A DNA stretch of 64,000 nt from a candidate division FCPU426 bacterium (GTDB taxonomy: Bacteria; Oederibacteriota; Muellerivitia; Muellerivitales; Muellerivitaceae): contig CAWHOE010000064.1 in the NCBI GenBank assembly GCA_963830915.1, forward strand, positions 193,541-257,540, given 5' to 3'. Every line of letters begins with the position of its first letter. The first letter of the stretch is position 1. The notes below the pieces were generated by a model. It was not told the DNA's origin. It searched no databases and worked only from the letters and a program-made list of their open reading frames with translations. Below are positions 1 through 11,228 of the stretch, in pieces. The translations under genes were made by a program, and so were the position numbers.

Positions 1-516
1 TCATTGCTTTTCATACTAGGCATCGGAGGGTGGGCTTATCAATCTCAAATGCCAGCCTTTGTATCCAAGCAATTAGGAATGGGAGTCAAGTACAACGGAT
101 TCCTTTTGGCCATAAACGGCTTGGGTGCCTGCGTTGCGGCCCTAACCGTAGCCCGTCTTGGGCAAGTACTTATAAGGACTAGAACTTTATATATCGGAAT
201 CGGAATTTTTAGTTCCTTTATTATCCTATTTGGATTCATACACAACCCCATTGGAGCCGCCTTAGTTATATTCTTTGCCGGTTTCGGAATCATTCTGTTC
301 TTCTCCACCGGCAACAGTTTCATCCAAACTAATTCCCCCGACCATTTGCGGGGACGTCTGATGGGGATCTGGGCGCTTGTGTTCGGCGGAGGCATGCCGA
401 TCGGAAGTCTTTGGATGGGGATCGTGGCTTCACACACCGGCTCAGGCGTCGCTTTGCAGTTAGGGGGAATTTTTTGCGCGACGGGCGCTTTATTGATCTA
501 TCGATTCTTCCATTGA
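1..516 (+). CDS. MFS transporter, C-terminal part (5' end outside window)
   Basis: Several TM helices; motif QTNSPDHLRGRLMGIW typical of MFS_3/H+ antiporter-like transporters. Confidence 0.85.
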   Translation, partial: SLLFILGIGGWAYQSQMPAFVSKQLGMGVKYNGFLLAINGLGACVAALTVARLGQVLIRTRTLYIGIGIFSSFIILFGFIHNPIGAALVIFFAGFGIILFFSTGNSFIQTNSPDHLRGRLMGIWALVFGGGMPIGSLWMGIVASHTGSGVALQLGGIFCATGALLIYRFFH

Positions 517-555
517 TCCCGAAAATGATTTACAACGAGCTTAAGTTAGTTTTTT

Positions 556-2649
556 TCATTCCCTGATCTCATCCAATTTTTTGAGATTTTCTAAAGCGTT
601 CGTTCTGTCAACAGGCGCTCGCGTCGCTTCCTCAAAAGAACGCTTCGCTTCTTGATAGTCGCCCATGAAAACCAGCACCGCTCCCATCTCGTTATAAAGA
701 TTTGCCGCGGGATATCCTTTATGAAGGGCGGTGCGGTATGAGGCTAACGCCGACTTAGCGTCTCCCACAACACTGTAATAAAGGGCCATCTGGGTCCAAT
801 AAATAGATTCCTCAAAAGGATCGCCTTCGAACTGTGAATAATGAGCGTGGAGTAGATCATAAATAGGTTTTCGAGATTCCCCGGGTTGCAGGCGCATGTA
901 AAGCGATTTGACCTGACGAATAACCGAATTCGCGTTTCGCCAAACCTCAAGGGTTTTTCGAGTTCCCTCGTTAAAAGGCAGCCAGCCCAACAAAAGCCCT
1001 TTGTTTTCCGAACCCTCGCTTACGACCCAGGTCCATTGACCTTGTGGGAACCTTTTTTTGAGAAAAGGCTCATAATTGGCGTCGGCAATGATCGCCATTT
1101 TCTCGATCTTTTTTTGTTCGATCCTCGGATTCTCAATGACATTGAAACCATAAGTCCCTATTTCCAACGTATGATCCAAATAATTGGATGTAAAGTCCAT
1201 GATCCCCAATGGGATCCCTTTTTCGCTTTCCGTTCTTAATAACGGGTATATATTTTGAAGGTCGGCATTTCTCCATAATTTTCTGGTGCCTTGAAAGTCC
1301 TGGAATGGACCGGCATAGTGATAAAGATCCATAGCGCTAGAGGCCATCAGGATCGACACTAGTAGGGGCCACTTTATTTTGGGTGGTATGTCGGAAATCA
1401 GTCCCTTCAATCCAAAGGTCGCCAAGAGGACCATAAAAGGCAGCGCTCCTAAGACCCGAAATGTCTCGATCCCTTCCGAGAATAAAGTCGCCGATAGGAA
1501 CAACGAGAACGAAGCGGCCAGCCCAAGGAGGAGCCTGAACTTCCGACGCCAGAAGAGTTCAAGGACCCCAATGCCGACCAAACTCCCCAGGATCGAGTTG
1601 AAGCATCCTCCCCAAGCCGGCGCGAACGGCGCTCTTCCCAGGCCATTCCAAAAGAGCACAATGGGATACCAAAAATTCCAATGGAGGCCGATCTGGCTGT
1701 CGATGCGGGCGTGCCCTCCTGAACCAAAAAGGGTCAAAACCATCGGCAAAACCATGATGGAATAGAGAGCCAAGAATGTAAAAAAATGAGCTTTTTGAAC
1801 ACTTCGGCTAATGAAACAAAAAAAGAACATGGCTAGGGTTACCCATACGGCCAGGATTATTCCCGCGTAGGCCGCGTAAACCCCGAGCGCCGTAACGAAG
1901 GAAAGGAACATGACCGTTTTCCACCGATGGAAAGACCCGGTCAAATCGGGAATGGAAAGGATGAGAAAAAAACAGATCATCTCAAGGAATAAAAAGGCGT
2001 CGCCCCAACCGCAAAGTCTCGAGAGGGAAAAAGGCCAGAAACTAAGTCCCAATATCCAACAAAAAGTGAACGGACCTTCTTTTTGATCGACTCGACGGGC
2101 CAATAAGTATCCAACCCCGACCGTCAAAAGCGACAAAAGGGTCGTAAAAAGTCTCAAAGATAAGAATGAAACCGGGATGAGTTTGAAAAAGAGGCCCATC
2201 CACCAGATGGTAAGGGAAGGGCTCTGGCTTTCTCCCCAAAGCAACCGCCAATCCCATTTCTCGGCGTTCTCCGCGCCCAAAAAAGCGTAGAGTCCCTCAT
2301 CCATCAAAGGCCATGCGGGAAAGGTTGTGAGTCTGAAGAAATGGGTGAAAAAAAGGACCGGGATGAACAAAAACCAAAGGATCGACGGGAAGTCCCCCGT
2401 AACTGGGTGGTCCTGGGACGGTTGAAACCTTCCTTTCCAGGCCAGAACGAAGGCGAATATCAGCGGAAGCGCCAATCCCAATAATACGACCCAGAGGATG
2501 GTTTCGATGGAAAGGGACACATAGGACAAAAGGCTGTTAGCGGTGAGGAAAATGAGGAAAAACGGCCAATGCCGATAGTTAAGATTGTTTTTTAATGCTT
2601 GAAACATCTTCAATCCGTTCCGTTTTCTTACGGACAATTTCTCGATCAA
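556..2649 (-). CDS. ArnT/PMT-like (GT39-type) membrane glycosyltransferase with C-terminal TPR
   Basis: Multi-TM N-terminal half with RL...P..DEG motif; C-terminal TPR-like helices (LYNEMGAVLVFMGDYQEAKRSFEEA). Start could be TTG 2649 or ATG 2607. Confidence 0.7.
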   Translation of the reverse strand: MIEKLSVRKRNGLKMFQALKNNLNYRHWPFFLIFLTANSLLSYVSLSIETILWVVLLGLALPLIFAFVLAWKGRFQPSQDHPVTGDFPSILWFLFIPVLFFTHFFRLTTFPAWPLMDEGLYAFLGAENAEKWDWRLLWGESQSPSLTIWWMGLFFKLIPVSFLSLRLFTTLLSLLTVGVGYLLARRVDQKEGPFTFCWILGLSFWPFSLSRLCGWGDAFLFLEMICFFLILSIPDLTGSFHRWKTVMFLSFVTALGVYAAYAGIILAVWVTLAMFFFCFISRSVQKAHFFTFLALYSIMVLPMVLTLFGSGGHARIDSQIGLHWNFWYPIVLFWNGLGRAPFAPAWGGCFNSILGSLVGIGVLELFWRRKFRLLLGLAASFSLFLSATLFSEGIETFRVLGALPFMVLLATFGLKGLISDIPPKIKWPLLVSILMASSAMDLYHYAGPFQDFQGTRKLWRNADLQNIYPLLRTESEKGIPLGIMDFTSNYLDHTLEIGTYGFNVIENPRIEQKKIEKMAIIADANYEPFLKKRFPQGQWTWVVSEGSENKGLLLGWLPFNEGTRKTLEVWRNANSVIRQVKSLYMRLQPGESRKPIYDLLHAHYSQFEGDPFEESIYWTQMALYYSVVGDAKSALASYRTALHKGYPAANLYNEMGAVLVFMGDYQEAKRSFEEATRAPVDRTNALENLKKLDEIRE

Positions 2650-2766
2650 GCATCCACCTTGATTTCTTTTTTATCCTATCATGAAATCCGACCCGTTGAC
2701 GATTTCACTGGCATCAATTACCGTAATGTCGTCTTGGATTCCTCTTCATAAACGGAGTGTCCTCTC

Positions 2767-4617
2767 TTGAACGTCCTTCCCTTGATGCTGACGGCCCTAT
2801 TAGTGATGGTGATCGCCTACCGTTATTACAGCGCCTTCCTGGCGGCGAAAGTCGTGGCCCTAGATGATAAAAGGATCACACCCGCCCACACTTTGAACGA
2901 CGGCTATAACTATAAGCCCATCCAAAAAGGGGTGTTATTCGGCCAACATTTCGCCAATATCGCCGGGTCCGGCCCCTTGATCGGGCCTGTCCTGGCAGCT
3001 CAGTTCGGTTATCTTCCGGGTTTCCTTTGGCTCTTGATCGGGGTCTGCCTGGCGGGAGCAGTTCACGACTTCATGATCCTGGCCGCTTCCGTTCGGCGGA
3101 AGGGCCGGTCCCTGGCCGATATCGCCCGGCACGAGATCAGTCCCCTTTCCGGAGTGGTCGCGTCCATCGCCATCTTGATCATCGTCATCGTGGCCTTGGC
3201 GGGACTGGGGATGGCTGTGGTGAACGCCTTGAAAGGCAGTCCTTGGGGTGTTTTTTCCATCAGCATGACCATCGCCACGGCCGTACTGGTGGGTTTCTGG
3301 ATGTTCCGTTTCCGGGTGGGCAAGATCAGGGAAGTAAGCGTTTTCGGGGTGATCCTGGTGGCGTCAGCCGTGGTTTTCGGGGTTTTCATTCCCCATTCCC
3401 CTCTCGCTCCCTACTTTACCCTTTCGGGGAACGGTGTCATTTTGGCCATCGCTTTTTATGGTTTCATCGCCTCGATCCTTCCCGTCTGGATGCTCATGAC
3501 CCCCATGGGATACTTGAGTTCCTATATGAAAATAGGCACCATCGCGGCCTTGATCGTTGGGATCATCCTGGTACATCCGGACTTGAAAATGCCGGCCTTG
3601 AGCCAATTCGCGGGTGGCGGGGGCCCCATCATCCCCGGCAAACTCTTCCCCTATGTATTCATCACGATAGCCTGCGGCGCCATTTCAGGGTTCCACGCCC
3701 TTGTTTCTTCCGGCACGACCCCCAAAATGATAGATAAGGAATCGGATATCCGAACCATCGGTTATGGAGCCATGTTGGTGGAGGGTCTGGTCGGGGTCGT
3801 GGCCCTGCTGGCCACCTGTTCGTTATTCCCCGCCGATTATTTCGCCATCAATGTCCCTCTGGATAAATTCCAGGCTTTGGGCATGACCCCCGTGCGTTTG
3901 CAGCAACTCTGCCAGGCGGTAGGAGAGAATGTCCAAGGCCGTCCCGGCGGGGCGGTTTCCCTGGCGGTAGGCTTCGCCCAGATATTCTCTGGCATTCCAG
4001 GCCTTGAGAATCTGATGAATTATTTTTATCACTTCATGATCATGTTCGAGGCATTGTTCATCCTTACCACGATCGACGCGGGAACGCGCATCGGACGATT
4101 CGTATTGCAAGAATTCCTGGGTCGTTTTTGGAAGCCTTTTGAAAACCCCCACTGGGTTCCGGGAACATTCCTTTGCACGGGTTTCGTCGTCGCCTTTTGG
4201 GCTTACCTGATCTGGGCCGGAAGCGTCAGCACCATCTGGCCTATGTTCGGAACCGCCAACCAGTTACTGGCCAGCGTGGCCCTCGCGGTGGCGACCAGCG
4301 CCATCATCAACGCGGGTCGGGCTCGTTATGCCTGGACGACTTTCATTCCCATGGTTTTCGTGGCATCGACGACCCTTTCGGCCGCCTGGTTGAACATCTG
4401 GGATAATTTCCTTCCTCTTGCGATGTCCCATTCCGAAAGGTCCGGAGCGGCTTACCTGAACGTGGTTTTAACGGCCATCATGATGATTTGCGCGGTCATC
4501 GTCATGTGGGAGTCATTTCGCAGGTGGTTCATGATCCTCATTCGAGGGAAACATCCCAAGGAGGTCCGGGATGGAAAATCCCGGGACCGTAAGATGCCCG
4601 ATTATGGCTGTTGTTGA
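2767..4617 (+). CDS. cstA: Carbon starvation protein A / peptide-pyruvate transporter (CstA/BtsT family)
   Basis: Motifs [59 protein letters not shown]. Confidence 0.93.
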   Translation: MNVLPLMLTALLVMVIAYRYYSAFLAAKVVALDDKRITPAHTLNDGYNYKPIQKGVLFGQHFANIAGSGPLIGPVLAAQFGYLPGFLWLLIGVCLAGAVHDFMILAASVRRKGRSLADIARHEISPLSGVVASIAILIIVIVALAGLGMAVVNALKGSPWGVFSISMTIATAVLVGFWMFRFRVGKIREVSVFGVILVASAVVFGVFIPHSPLAPYFTLSGNGVILAIAFYGFIASILPVWMLMTPMGYLSSYMKIGTIAALIVGIILVHPDLKMPALSQFAGGGGPIIPGKLFPYVFITIACGAISGFHALVSSGTTPKMIDKESDIRTIGYGAMLVEGLVGVVALLATCSLFPADYFAINVPLDKFQALGMTPVRLQQLCQAVGENVQGRPGGAVSLAVGFAQIFSGIPGLENLMNYFYHFMIMFEALFILTTIDAGTRIGRFVLQEFLGRFWKPFENPHWVPGTFLCTGFVVAFWAYLIWAGSVSTIWPMFGTANQLLASVALAVATSAIINAGRARYAWTTFIPMVFVASTTLSAAWLNIWDNFLPLAMSHSERSGAAYLNVVLTAIMMICAVIVMWESFRRWFMILIRGKHPKEVRDGKSRDRKMPDYGCC

Positions 4618-4623
4618 CCACTC

Positions 4624-4658
4624 AAAAAAAAGGGCGTGGAGATAACTCCACGCCCTTT
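4624..4658. terminator. Intrinsic terminator between convergent cstA and DUF4337-like gene
   Basis: Perfect stem AAAGGGCGTGGAG-ATAA-CTCCACGCCCTTT with an A-run on the left and Ts on the right. Confidence 0.85.
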
Positions 4659-4672
4659 ATCCAAAATCTTTT

Positions 4673-5209
4673 TTACATCAAACCCTGAATGAAAAAAGCC
4701 AGCCCGATCAAACCAAAGACCATACTGACGTACCAGAAGGGCTTCCGGCGGGTCAAAGCCGAGATGGCCCCGATCGCGATGGCCACCTGGAACAAAGTAA
4801 CGCTGTGGGCCAAACCCTCGTGATGGGCCAGATGGGATTCGGATTCTTCCTGGTCTTTCTTGGCCTCTTCTCCTATCTTTTCCTGTTCTTCCTTGTACTG
4901 TTCCATCTTCTTTTCATCCGCTTCGGATGGCTTATGCTTCAACGCCGTCAACAAATCAATCTTGGATCCTAAAACCGCTGATTTGATGCCTTTGGCTTGA
5001 TAGAAAGCCCATTGGTCCGAGGCTTTGATCTGGTCCAGCATCGCCTCGTTGGCGTGAAACCCCGCCATGAGGGCCGCCATCGCCGCGAAAGCGGCGAGAA
5101 AGGCCGAGCTCAGAGCCACTCCCAGGATCCATCGTTCCTTATTTTCCTCGGCGCTATGCTCCATGTGTTCGTGGAGGTGTTCGGTAGGTACTTCGATCTC
5201 TTCTGGCAT
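4673..5209 (-). CDS. DUF4337-like membrane protein
   Basis: ASDQWAFYQAKGIK and LFQVAIAIGAISALT motifs; TM - coiled coil - 2 TM layout. Confidence 0.8.
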   Translation of the reverse strand: MPEEIEVPTEHLHEHMEHSAEENKERWILGVALSSAFLAAFAAMAALMAGFHANEAMLDQIKASDQWAFYQAKGIKSAVLGSKIDLLTALKHKPSEADEKKMEQYKEEQEKIGEEAKKDQEESESHLAHHEGLAHSVTLFQVAIAIGAISALTRRKPFWYVSMVFGLIGLAFFIQGLM

Positions 5210-5302
5210 TTGACTTCCTTTGATTGGATTTTGTTTACCGCGGATAAATTATGGGAAGGACGTTGCTCTGTCAAGTGTGGGTCTGCTGGGGGATCTTGAT
5301 CG

Positions 5303-6247
5303 TCAGACCGTTTTCGGTCTCCCGAGATCTCCCCCCGCCTCGGTCCAGAATTCCTTGGGATGAAGCTGGATATCCCAGACCAGGCCCATCCATGAGAAAA
5401 CTTTGAGTACGTAATGGGTTGGATCGATCTCCCACCAATAGATACCTTGCCTCTCCGAAAACGGGAATCGATGATGGTTGTTATGCCAACCTTCTCCCAT
5501 CGTGATGATCGAAAGGATAAGGCTATTGCGGCTGTCATCCCCCGTGTCAAAACGTTTTTTCCCGATCAGATGGGATAGCGAGTTGATACAGAACGTTCCG
5601 TGATAAAGGAGGGTCGTGCTGGTGAAGAACCCCCAGCTTAATAGCTGGATCCCATTGGTGTGAAGTATGGGCGCGGCACGCTGCAAAAAAGAACCTAGTA
5701 AAAAAATGCTTCCAGCCAAAACGAATGGCGCCACACCATGATACTTATTGATCCAACGAAGCTCAGGATATTTGGTCAGGTCTTTCACCGCTTCTTCATT
5801 GGTATCCTGATAACGCTTGCAAAGGATCCATCCGACATGGGCCCACCAAAGCCCCCTTAATCGGGGCGAATGGATATCCTCCTCGGTATCGGAGAATTTA
5901 TGGTGATGCCGGTGATGAGCGGCCCACCAGAGTGGGCCCTGCTGGCCGCAAGACGCTCCCCAAAAAGCCAGGACGAACTGGAAAATTCGGCTCGTTTTAT
6001 AGGACCGGTGGGAAAAGTAACGGTGGTAGGCCCCTGTAATGGCGAACATCCTGGCGTAATACATGAATAGGCAAAAGATCACCGCGGTCCAACTGAACCC
6101 GGTCAGGACCGCGGCGACTCCGATCAGATGTACCCCGATGAAGGCGATACTTCCCGGCCAATCGATCTTTTCATCGTGGGTATATTTTCGTTTGAGACGC
6201 CGCCACATGGTTTCAGGACGGTTTTTTATCGCTTCAACTTCTATCAT
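5303..6247 (-). CDS. Delta-9 acyl-lipid/acyl-CoA fatty acid desaturase
   Basis: His boxes HRYFSH, HRHHH and GEGWHNNHH; ATG 6247 has GGGAG upstream. Confidence 0.93.
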   Translation of the reverse strand: MIEVEAIKNRPETMWRRLKRKYTHDEKIDWPGSIAFIGVHLIGVAAVLTGFSWTAVIFCLFMYYARMFAITGAYHRYFSHRSYKTSRIFQFVLAFWGASCGQQGPLWWAAHHRHHHKFSDTEEDIHSPRLRGLWWAHVGWILCKRYQDTNEEAVKDLTKYPELRWINKYHGVAPFVLAGSIFLLGSFLQRAAPILHTNGIQLLSWGFFTSTTLLYHGTFCINSLSHLIGKKRFDTGDDSRNSLILSIITMGEGWHNNHHRFPFSERQGIYWWEIDPTHYVLKVFSWMGLVWDIQLHPKEFWTEAGGDLGRPKTV

Positions 6248-6531
6248 TACACGGGACTCCCGATCGATCGAACTTTCAAGCGGACAAAAAAACAATTAAG
6301 GTTGACGCATTGAGGGAAGAAAAGATGGATCAAAGACTGGACCACTGGCGGTAATCGTTTCGTTGACGGCTTCTCCCCTTACTGAGGCTCGATACGATTT
6401 GGATCGACCCTGGTTGAAGTCTATCATAACGACCAGGTCCAAATGAATAACCACGGGAACAAATTATTCCCGATTTTTGAACGTCTTTTCCCAAGAACTC
6501 TGAAAATCCACGGGCATTTATCCATCTTGAT

Positions 6532-7452
6532 CTACTTTCCCAATTTAGAACGGTTCGGATCCAAGGTGATCATTGCCACAGCCGCGACGATGAGGAGCGA
6601 AACCAGGAAAATGAACGAGGTTAGGGCCTCTCCGGCGAATATCCAGCCCAAAATAACGGCGATCACGGGATTCACGAAGGCATAGGTCGAAGCTAAGGCT
6701 GGAGTGGCCTTATGCAGGACCCAAATATAGGAAGTAAAACCGATGAGGGAACCGAACAAGACCAGATACAACCATGCGATCACCGAATGGTAGCTGATCA
6801 ATGCCCAATGAAATTCAGCCGGTTCTCCAAAAGCCAAACCAGCGATCAATAGGAAGATCCCGCCGGTTATCATCTCCATTGCGGTGGCTTGAAGAGGGGA
6901 GGTTGGCAACTTGGCTGATTGGGCGTAAAGGGAACCGACGGTCCAGGAAAGCGAAGTGCCGATCAAAAAAAGGACCCATAATGGATCAAACCTTTCAACT
7001 TCCGTTTCCCCTTTTGGAAAAACCAAAAGTGATATTCCCGTAATCCCGATCGCGATTCCAATCCAAACCAGACCGTCCGGTCTAGGGCCCTTTTTCCAAA
7101 GCCATTGAAGCAATACCATCCACAAAGGGACTATTCCCACGACCAACGCGACAATGCCCGAGGGGACTTTGTTTTCGGCAAGACAGACTCCCCCATTTCC
7201 AATGGCCAAAAGAAAAAAACCAATCAGGGCCGCCGATTTCCACTGGGCCCACGAAGGCCGCGATTCGCCCTTGATCCATGTGAATAAATAAAGTATTCCA
7301 CCCGCGACCAGGAATCTTGATCCGCCCATGAAAAATGTAGGTATTGTTTCGATCGCGATTCTGATTCCCAGGTAAGTGGAACCCCAGAGTATGTAAACAG
7401 TGAAAAGCGAGATCCAAACACTCAACGGATACCTGGTCTTTTGAATTTGCAT
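6532..7452 (-). CDS. EamA/DMT family transporter (YedA-like)
   Basis: VYILWGSTYLGIR and STYAFVNPVIAVILG motifs; about 10 TM. Start at ATG 7452 inferred. Confidence 0.9.
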   Translation of the reverse strand: MQIQKTRYPLSVWISLFTVYILWGSTYLGIRIAIETIPTFFMGGSRFLVAGGILYLFTWIKGESRPSWAQWKSAALIGFFLLAIGNGGVCLAENKVPSGIVALVVGIVPLWMVLLQWLWKKGPRPDGLVWIGIAIGITGISLLVFPKGETEVERFDPLWVLFLIGTSLSWTVGSLYAQSAKLPTSPLQATAMEMITGGIFLLIAGLAFGEPAEFHWALISYHSVIAWLYLVLFGSLIGFTSYIWVLHKATPALASTYAFVNPVIAVILGWIFAGEALTSFIFLVSLLIVAAVAMITLDPNRSKLGK

Positions 7453-7513
7453 GGCTCTTTTTCCTGTTCTATGATGTTCATGAAACCCGAAAATCAGGGA
7501 AAAAGAGGTTAAC

Positions 7514-8491
7514 ATGTCCGAACTTCAGCAGGCTACTCCTAGGGTCAAAAAAAACCTGCTCCTGATAAGGGTGCTCCTGACTTTCATCCTGTTTTGTTTC
7601 GCGTCCCTCTCCCTGCAGGTCCATCCCGAACAAAAACCTGTCATTATCATCTTCATTTGCGTGATGCTGGCTACTTTCATCCCGTTTTATTTTTTAGAGG
7701 ACCAAAAGTTCGAGAAGGTTCGTTTTCAATTCATCGTTTTTTCAATGGATTTCGTCTTTCTCATGGGTTGCCTTTTCCTATTCGATCATTTCGAAACTAA
7801 TCTCCTGATCATCATCTTCATGACCTTTTTTATATCCGCCTTGAGCCAATCGGTCGGCCGAAGCATCCTGGTGGCCATCGCCGTCATCAGTCTTTACATA
7901 TATTTGATCTATTTAAAAAACGATACCGTGAACTATCTGGACCCTGTGCTTCTTTTATCCTGCGCCCTACTTTTCGTCGTTTCCGTTCACTCGGGTTATC
8001 TGGCCTATCGCACGGTCCAAGAGGAGATCGAGATCATGGATTTGGCAAAAAAAACCAACTTGTTGAGCGAAAGGGTCAAGGAAGGGGATGTTATCGCTTT
8101 GGAATACGCCGGAACCTTGAAAAACGTGCTGGATACCCTTCCTATTGGCGCCATCGCTGTTTCCGTGGAAGGAAACATCATTTTCGTCAACGCCCGTGTG
8201 GGAAAATTGCTGGACCTGAACCCCCGTTCCTTGACCAATCTTTATCTGTTTTCGAAAGATACCGCATTGGACGAGATCGGATCCAGGATGGCCCAATCCA
8301 TCAAGGAAAGGCGCGAACTGAAACGGGAATATCTGGATATAACTTGGAAAGGGATTCCTAAGAGATTCCGTCTGGATAGCGCTTCAGGGTCCGGTCCCAA
8401 CGGCAAGGTATGGGGGACTCTCTTTTTATTGCAAGAAACCGTCAAACCAACCACCGACGCGTCCGGGAACATCGCCCCTTCGGACGTTTAA
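7514..8491 (+). CDS. Multi-TM membrane protein with C-terminal PAS domain (sensor module without output domain)
   Basis: About 6 TM helices, then LKNVLDTLPIGAIAVSVEGNIIFVNARVGKLL (PAS start); no HisKA or HATPase follows. Confidence 0.65.
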   Translation: MSELQQATPRVKKNLLLIRVLLTFILFCFASLSLQVHPEQKPVIIIFICVMLATFIPFYFLEDQKFEKVRFQFIVFSMDFVFLMGCLFLFDHFETNLLIIIFMTFFISALSQSVGRSILVAIAVISLYIYLIYLKNDTVNYLDPVLLLSCALLFVVSVHSGYLAYRTVQEEIEIMDLAKKTNLLSERVKEGDVIALEYAGTLKNVLDTLPIGAIAVSVEGNIIFVNARVGKLLDLNPRSLTNLYLFSKDTALDEIGSRMAQSIKERRELKREYLDITWKGIPKRFRLDSASGSGPNGKVWGTLFLLQETVKPTTDASGNIAPSDV

Positions 8492-10642
8492 GGGTTCCCT
8501 CTTCCCAGGACTTCGGAGGGGACCACTTCCCATCTTTCTTTTCCCGGCACCATCCATAAAAAATGATAGTCCATCTTGAAATCCGGGTTGCTGGATCGAT
8601 GATCTTCCAATCGGACATCATGTTTCCCTGCCCTTAAAAATATGTCTTTTTGCAGACGTCCTTCCATATCGAACAACAACTGTCCATCGATCCATATTCT
8701 GCCTGGATCCTTGGTCAATAAACTGAACCCATATTTCCCAGGATGGGAGATAAGGATACGACCGGTCCATTGGACAAAAATCGGTAGACTCGGAACGGGA
8801 AAATCTGCACGGGTAGTGAAATTGATCAAGGGGTCGAACCTTTGGGTCCAAAGTTTTCCGGATGAGTCATTCCCCCCGTAATACTCACCTTTAAGCCCTT
8901 GCTCTTTTTGTAAAATGGATAAAGGTCGGCGGAAATAATAAAAAAAAGCCAGAATCCGGCCATCCTTGTCCTTAAAATCGTTTCTCCTTTCCGCCGGGGA
9001 AATGTTTTTTTAATAACTCCATCGTCGGGCCTTTCCCTTCATCCAAGACAAAACAACCCTCCTTAAACTCGGCTGGAAAAGAGACTCCATCCAAACGAGC
9101 CGGATCCAACAAACCCAAACGATCGGATTGCCCATAATCGAGGAAACGAACGGTGTAATGCTCACAGAAGATAGGGGCCAGGAAATAAAAAGTTTCCGGA
9201 TGAGCTAGCACCCTTTTCCCCACGGTCGTAGCCTCTATACTGTGCCCTTTCCAATGATCGTAATCATTGGTCTGGTCAATAAAGTAATCCTTGATATTTT
9301 GGGCAGCGCAGAAAAATAGGATCAGAAAACCTGCGATCACCCATAATTTTCTTTGACGGGGAAAAAAGCGAACCGCATTTTCGTAGGTCTTGATCATCGC
9401 GGCTGCCGCTATAAAAGCCACGAAAGGTGTCTGTCCAAGCATTCGATGGGCTTGAGCTGGTTCGGATGAAAGGAACCCTGGCATTCCCATGACAACCAAA
9501 CCGGTTAGGGAATAAAAATAGGCCCTTTCCTTGATCCTGAACAAAGCCCAGAAGAAACCTATGACAAAAAACAAACCCGTCACATCGTCCAAACACCGAT
9601 GATCTTGATAATTGAACTGGGAAACTTCGACGCAGGTTCGGTTATACATCAACAGGGTCTGGCTTAATTTCTCCCACAACGGCTGAAAACTCTTCACCCG
9701 CGCCATCTCCGAACCAATAAAAATAGCCGCTTCTCTTTGGCCAACAGTTCCCGTTTGGATCCAATCCCGGAGAATGGGAAATACTAACAACAAAAAAGAA
9801 AGACCTAAAAGTATTATTTTATTTCGATTCTGGCGAACCGCCTCTGGATTTAGGGAATATTCATACAAAAGGTACAGTAAAACCAGGACTGGAAAAATTT
9901 TATAGGACTGATAGGTGTATAGCCCCCCAGCGAAAAAAAGACTGGCGACCACGTAAGGCCATCTTTTCCCTGTTTTTAATCCGAACAGAAGAAAGGACAA
10001 AGTTCCGAACATATAGAACAATATCTGGATCCCTCGAAAACCATCTCGACTAAAGGATAAGTGCCATCTAATGACCGCTAAAAGGAACAAAGTCGTAAGC
10101 GCCAGACGGGGACCGGCCAATTGTCGGAAGGTCCAATAGATCAGCGGCAATGCCGCGATGGAATAGACCGTAAAAAACATGATCAGGTGTGTTTGGTCAG
10201 CGGGAAATAATCGGAACCAAAATGATAAAAGATAAACTAAATAAGATGGATTAGAGGAAAACGGAGGAAGGATGAACGGCGGGATCCAATGCTCTTTCAA
10301 GACTCTCAAGGCCAAATAACCCGGTCCGGAAACGTCCAGGTAAAGGCCCTCCGGAATTTCTCCGATCCTAAAAAATCTTAAACCACAGGCCAGGCAAACG
10401 ACCGCGCCGAATAAAACCCATTCTAATGATGCCGGCAAAGAGGCCTTGGATATCCCTTCTAGATTTTCCTGATCGGTAACCGAAAGGAACAAAAGGACCG
10501 CCATCCCATAAAGGACTAGACCAGGTATCAGTGTTCCTGGGGTACCTGATGAGGCTAGTTCCCATTGTCCCCATCCCCCCAAAAATAGGGAGAGGACCAA
10601 GAGGATCTTTTGATGATCCTTTTTTTTACCCGTTGAAACCAA
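8488..10642 (-). CDS. ArnT/GT39-like glycosyltransferase with C-terminal PA14 domain; frameshift near 8981-8983
   Basis: ORF 8972..10642 is multi-TM GT39-like. Removing one A continues it as DFKDKDGRILAFFYY...GLKGEYY...RFDPLINF into ORF 8488..8829 (PA14-like WTGRI..PGKYGF..IWIDG). Confidence 0.72.
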
Positions 10643-10829
10643 ACGATCTCTCCCATGGAACGATCCTATTTAATTCTTGAGGTCGGTTATACCCGAAAAT
10701 GATCGGTTATTGAACAGAATCGAACCCCACCCACGATAGCCTTCCTTGGCTCACTTTATGCACTGAGAAATTTCTGACATGATCTGTTTTTTCTTGAACC
10801 TAACTCGAAGTAGGTTAATTATAGAGATG

Positions 10830-10918
10830 GCCGCACAGTCCATCAGAATACGGGCCACTAGCACATAACAGTCGGGTGAGCCCCTGATCTTCGGAATTCC
10901 GAAGCGTGCGGCTTTTTT
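10830..10918 (+). other. Candidate structured non-coding RNA / attenuator-like element
   Basis: Nested pairings GCCGCAC(10830)/GTGCGGC(10906), ATCAG/CTGAT, GGGC/GCCC, CAC/GTG and hairpin CTTCGGA-AT-TCCGAAG, followed by T6. Confidence 0.35.
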
Positions 10919-11125
10919 ATTGTCCTTCGACCGACTTATTCCCTTCTTCCCTTCCAACATCCGTATCGGAATACCGATCGAAAGCCAAAACCCGTCAAGA
11001 TCAAGAGGGCCCAACACCAATGGCGTCTTGCCTCACTGAAAATATCGTTCCAGACAAAGAAATAAGATTCATTTTTGAATAAGCGTGGTAAAATATGTGC
11101 AAGTCGTTGCGAAGGAGGTTCCAAC

Positions 11126-11170
11126 GTGGCGAAAAAAGCAAAAAAGGCAGCCAAGAAAAAAAAGAAGTAA
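11126..11170 (+). CDS. Micro-ORF, 14-aa basic peptide MAKKAKKAAKKKKK
   Basis: Perfect SD AAGGAGGT 6 nt before GTG, tandem TAA TAA stops, own terminator about 27 nt downstream. Confidence 0.65.
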   Translation: MAKKAKKAAKKKKK

Positions 11171-11197
11171 TAAGCTGCTAGTGGTAGTAGAAAAACC

Positions 11198-11228
11198 AAA
11201 GCCTGAATGATGACATTCAGGCTTTTTT
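11198..11228 (+). terminator. Intrinsic terminator after micro-ORF
   Basis: AAAGCCTGAATG-ATGA-CATTCAGGCTTTTTT. Confidence 0.85.

Noticed and set aside
4609..4658. Selenocysteine read-through of the cstA TGA with the hairpin as SECIS
   Set aside because: The hairpin is a perfect terminator-type stem between convergent genes, and no meaningful frame follows.
10751..11199. ORFs 10751..11020 and 10936..11199 on the minus strand
   Set aside because: No RBS or family motifs; the second is the antisense of the Lys-rich micro-ORF.
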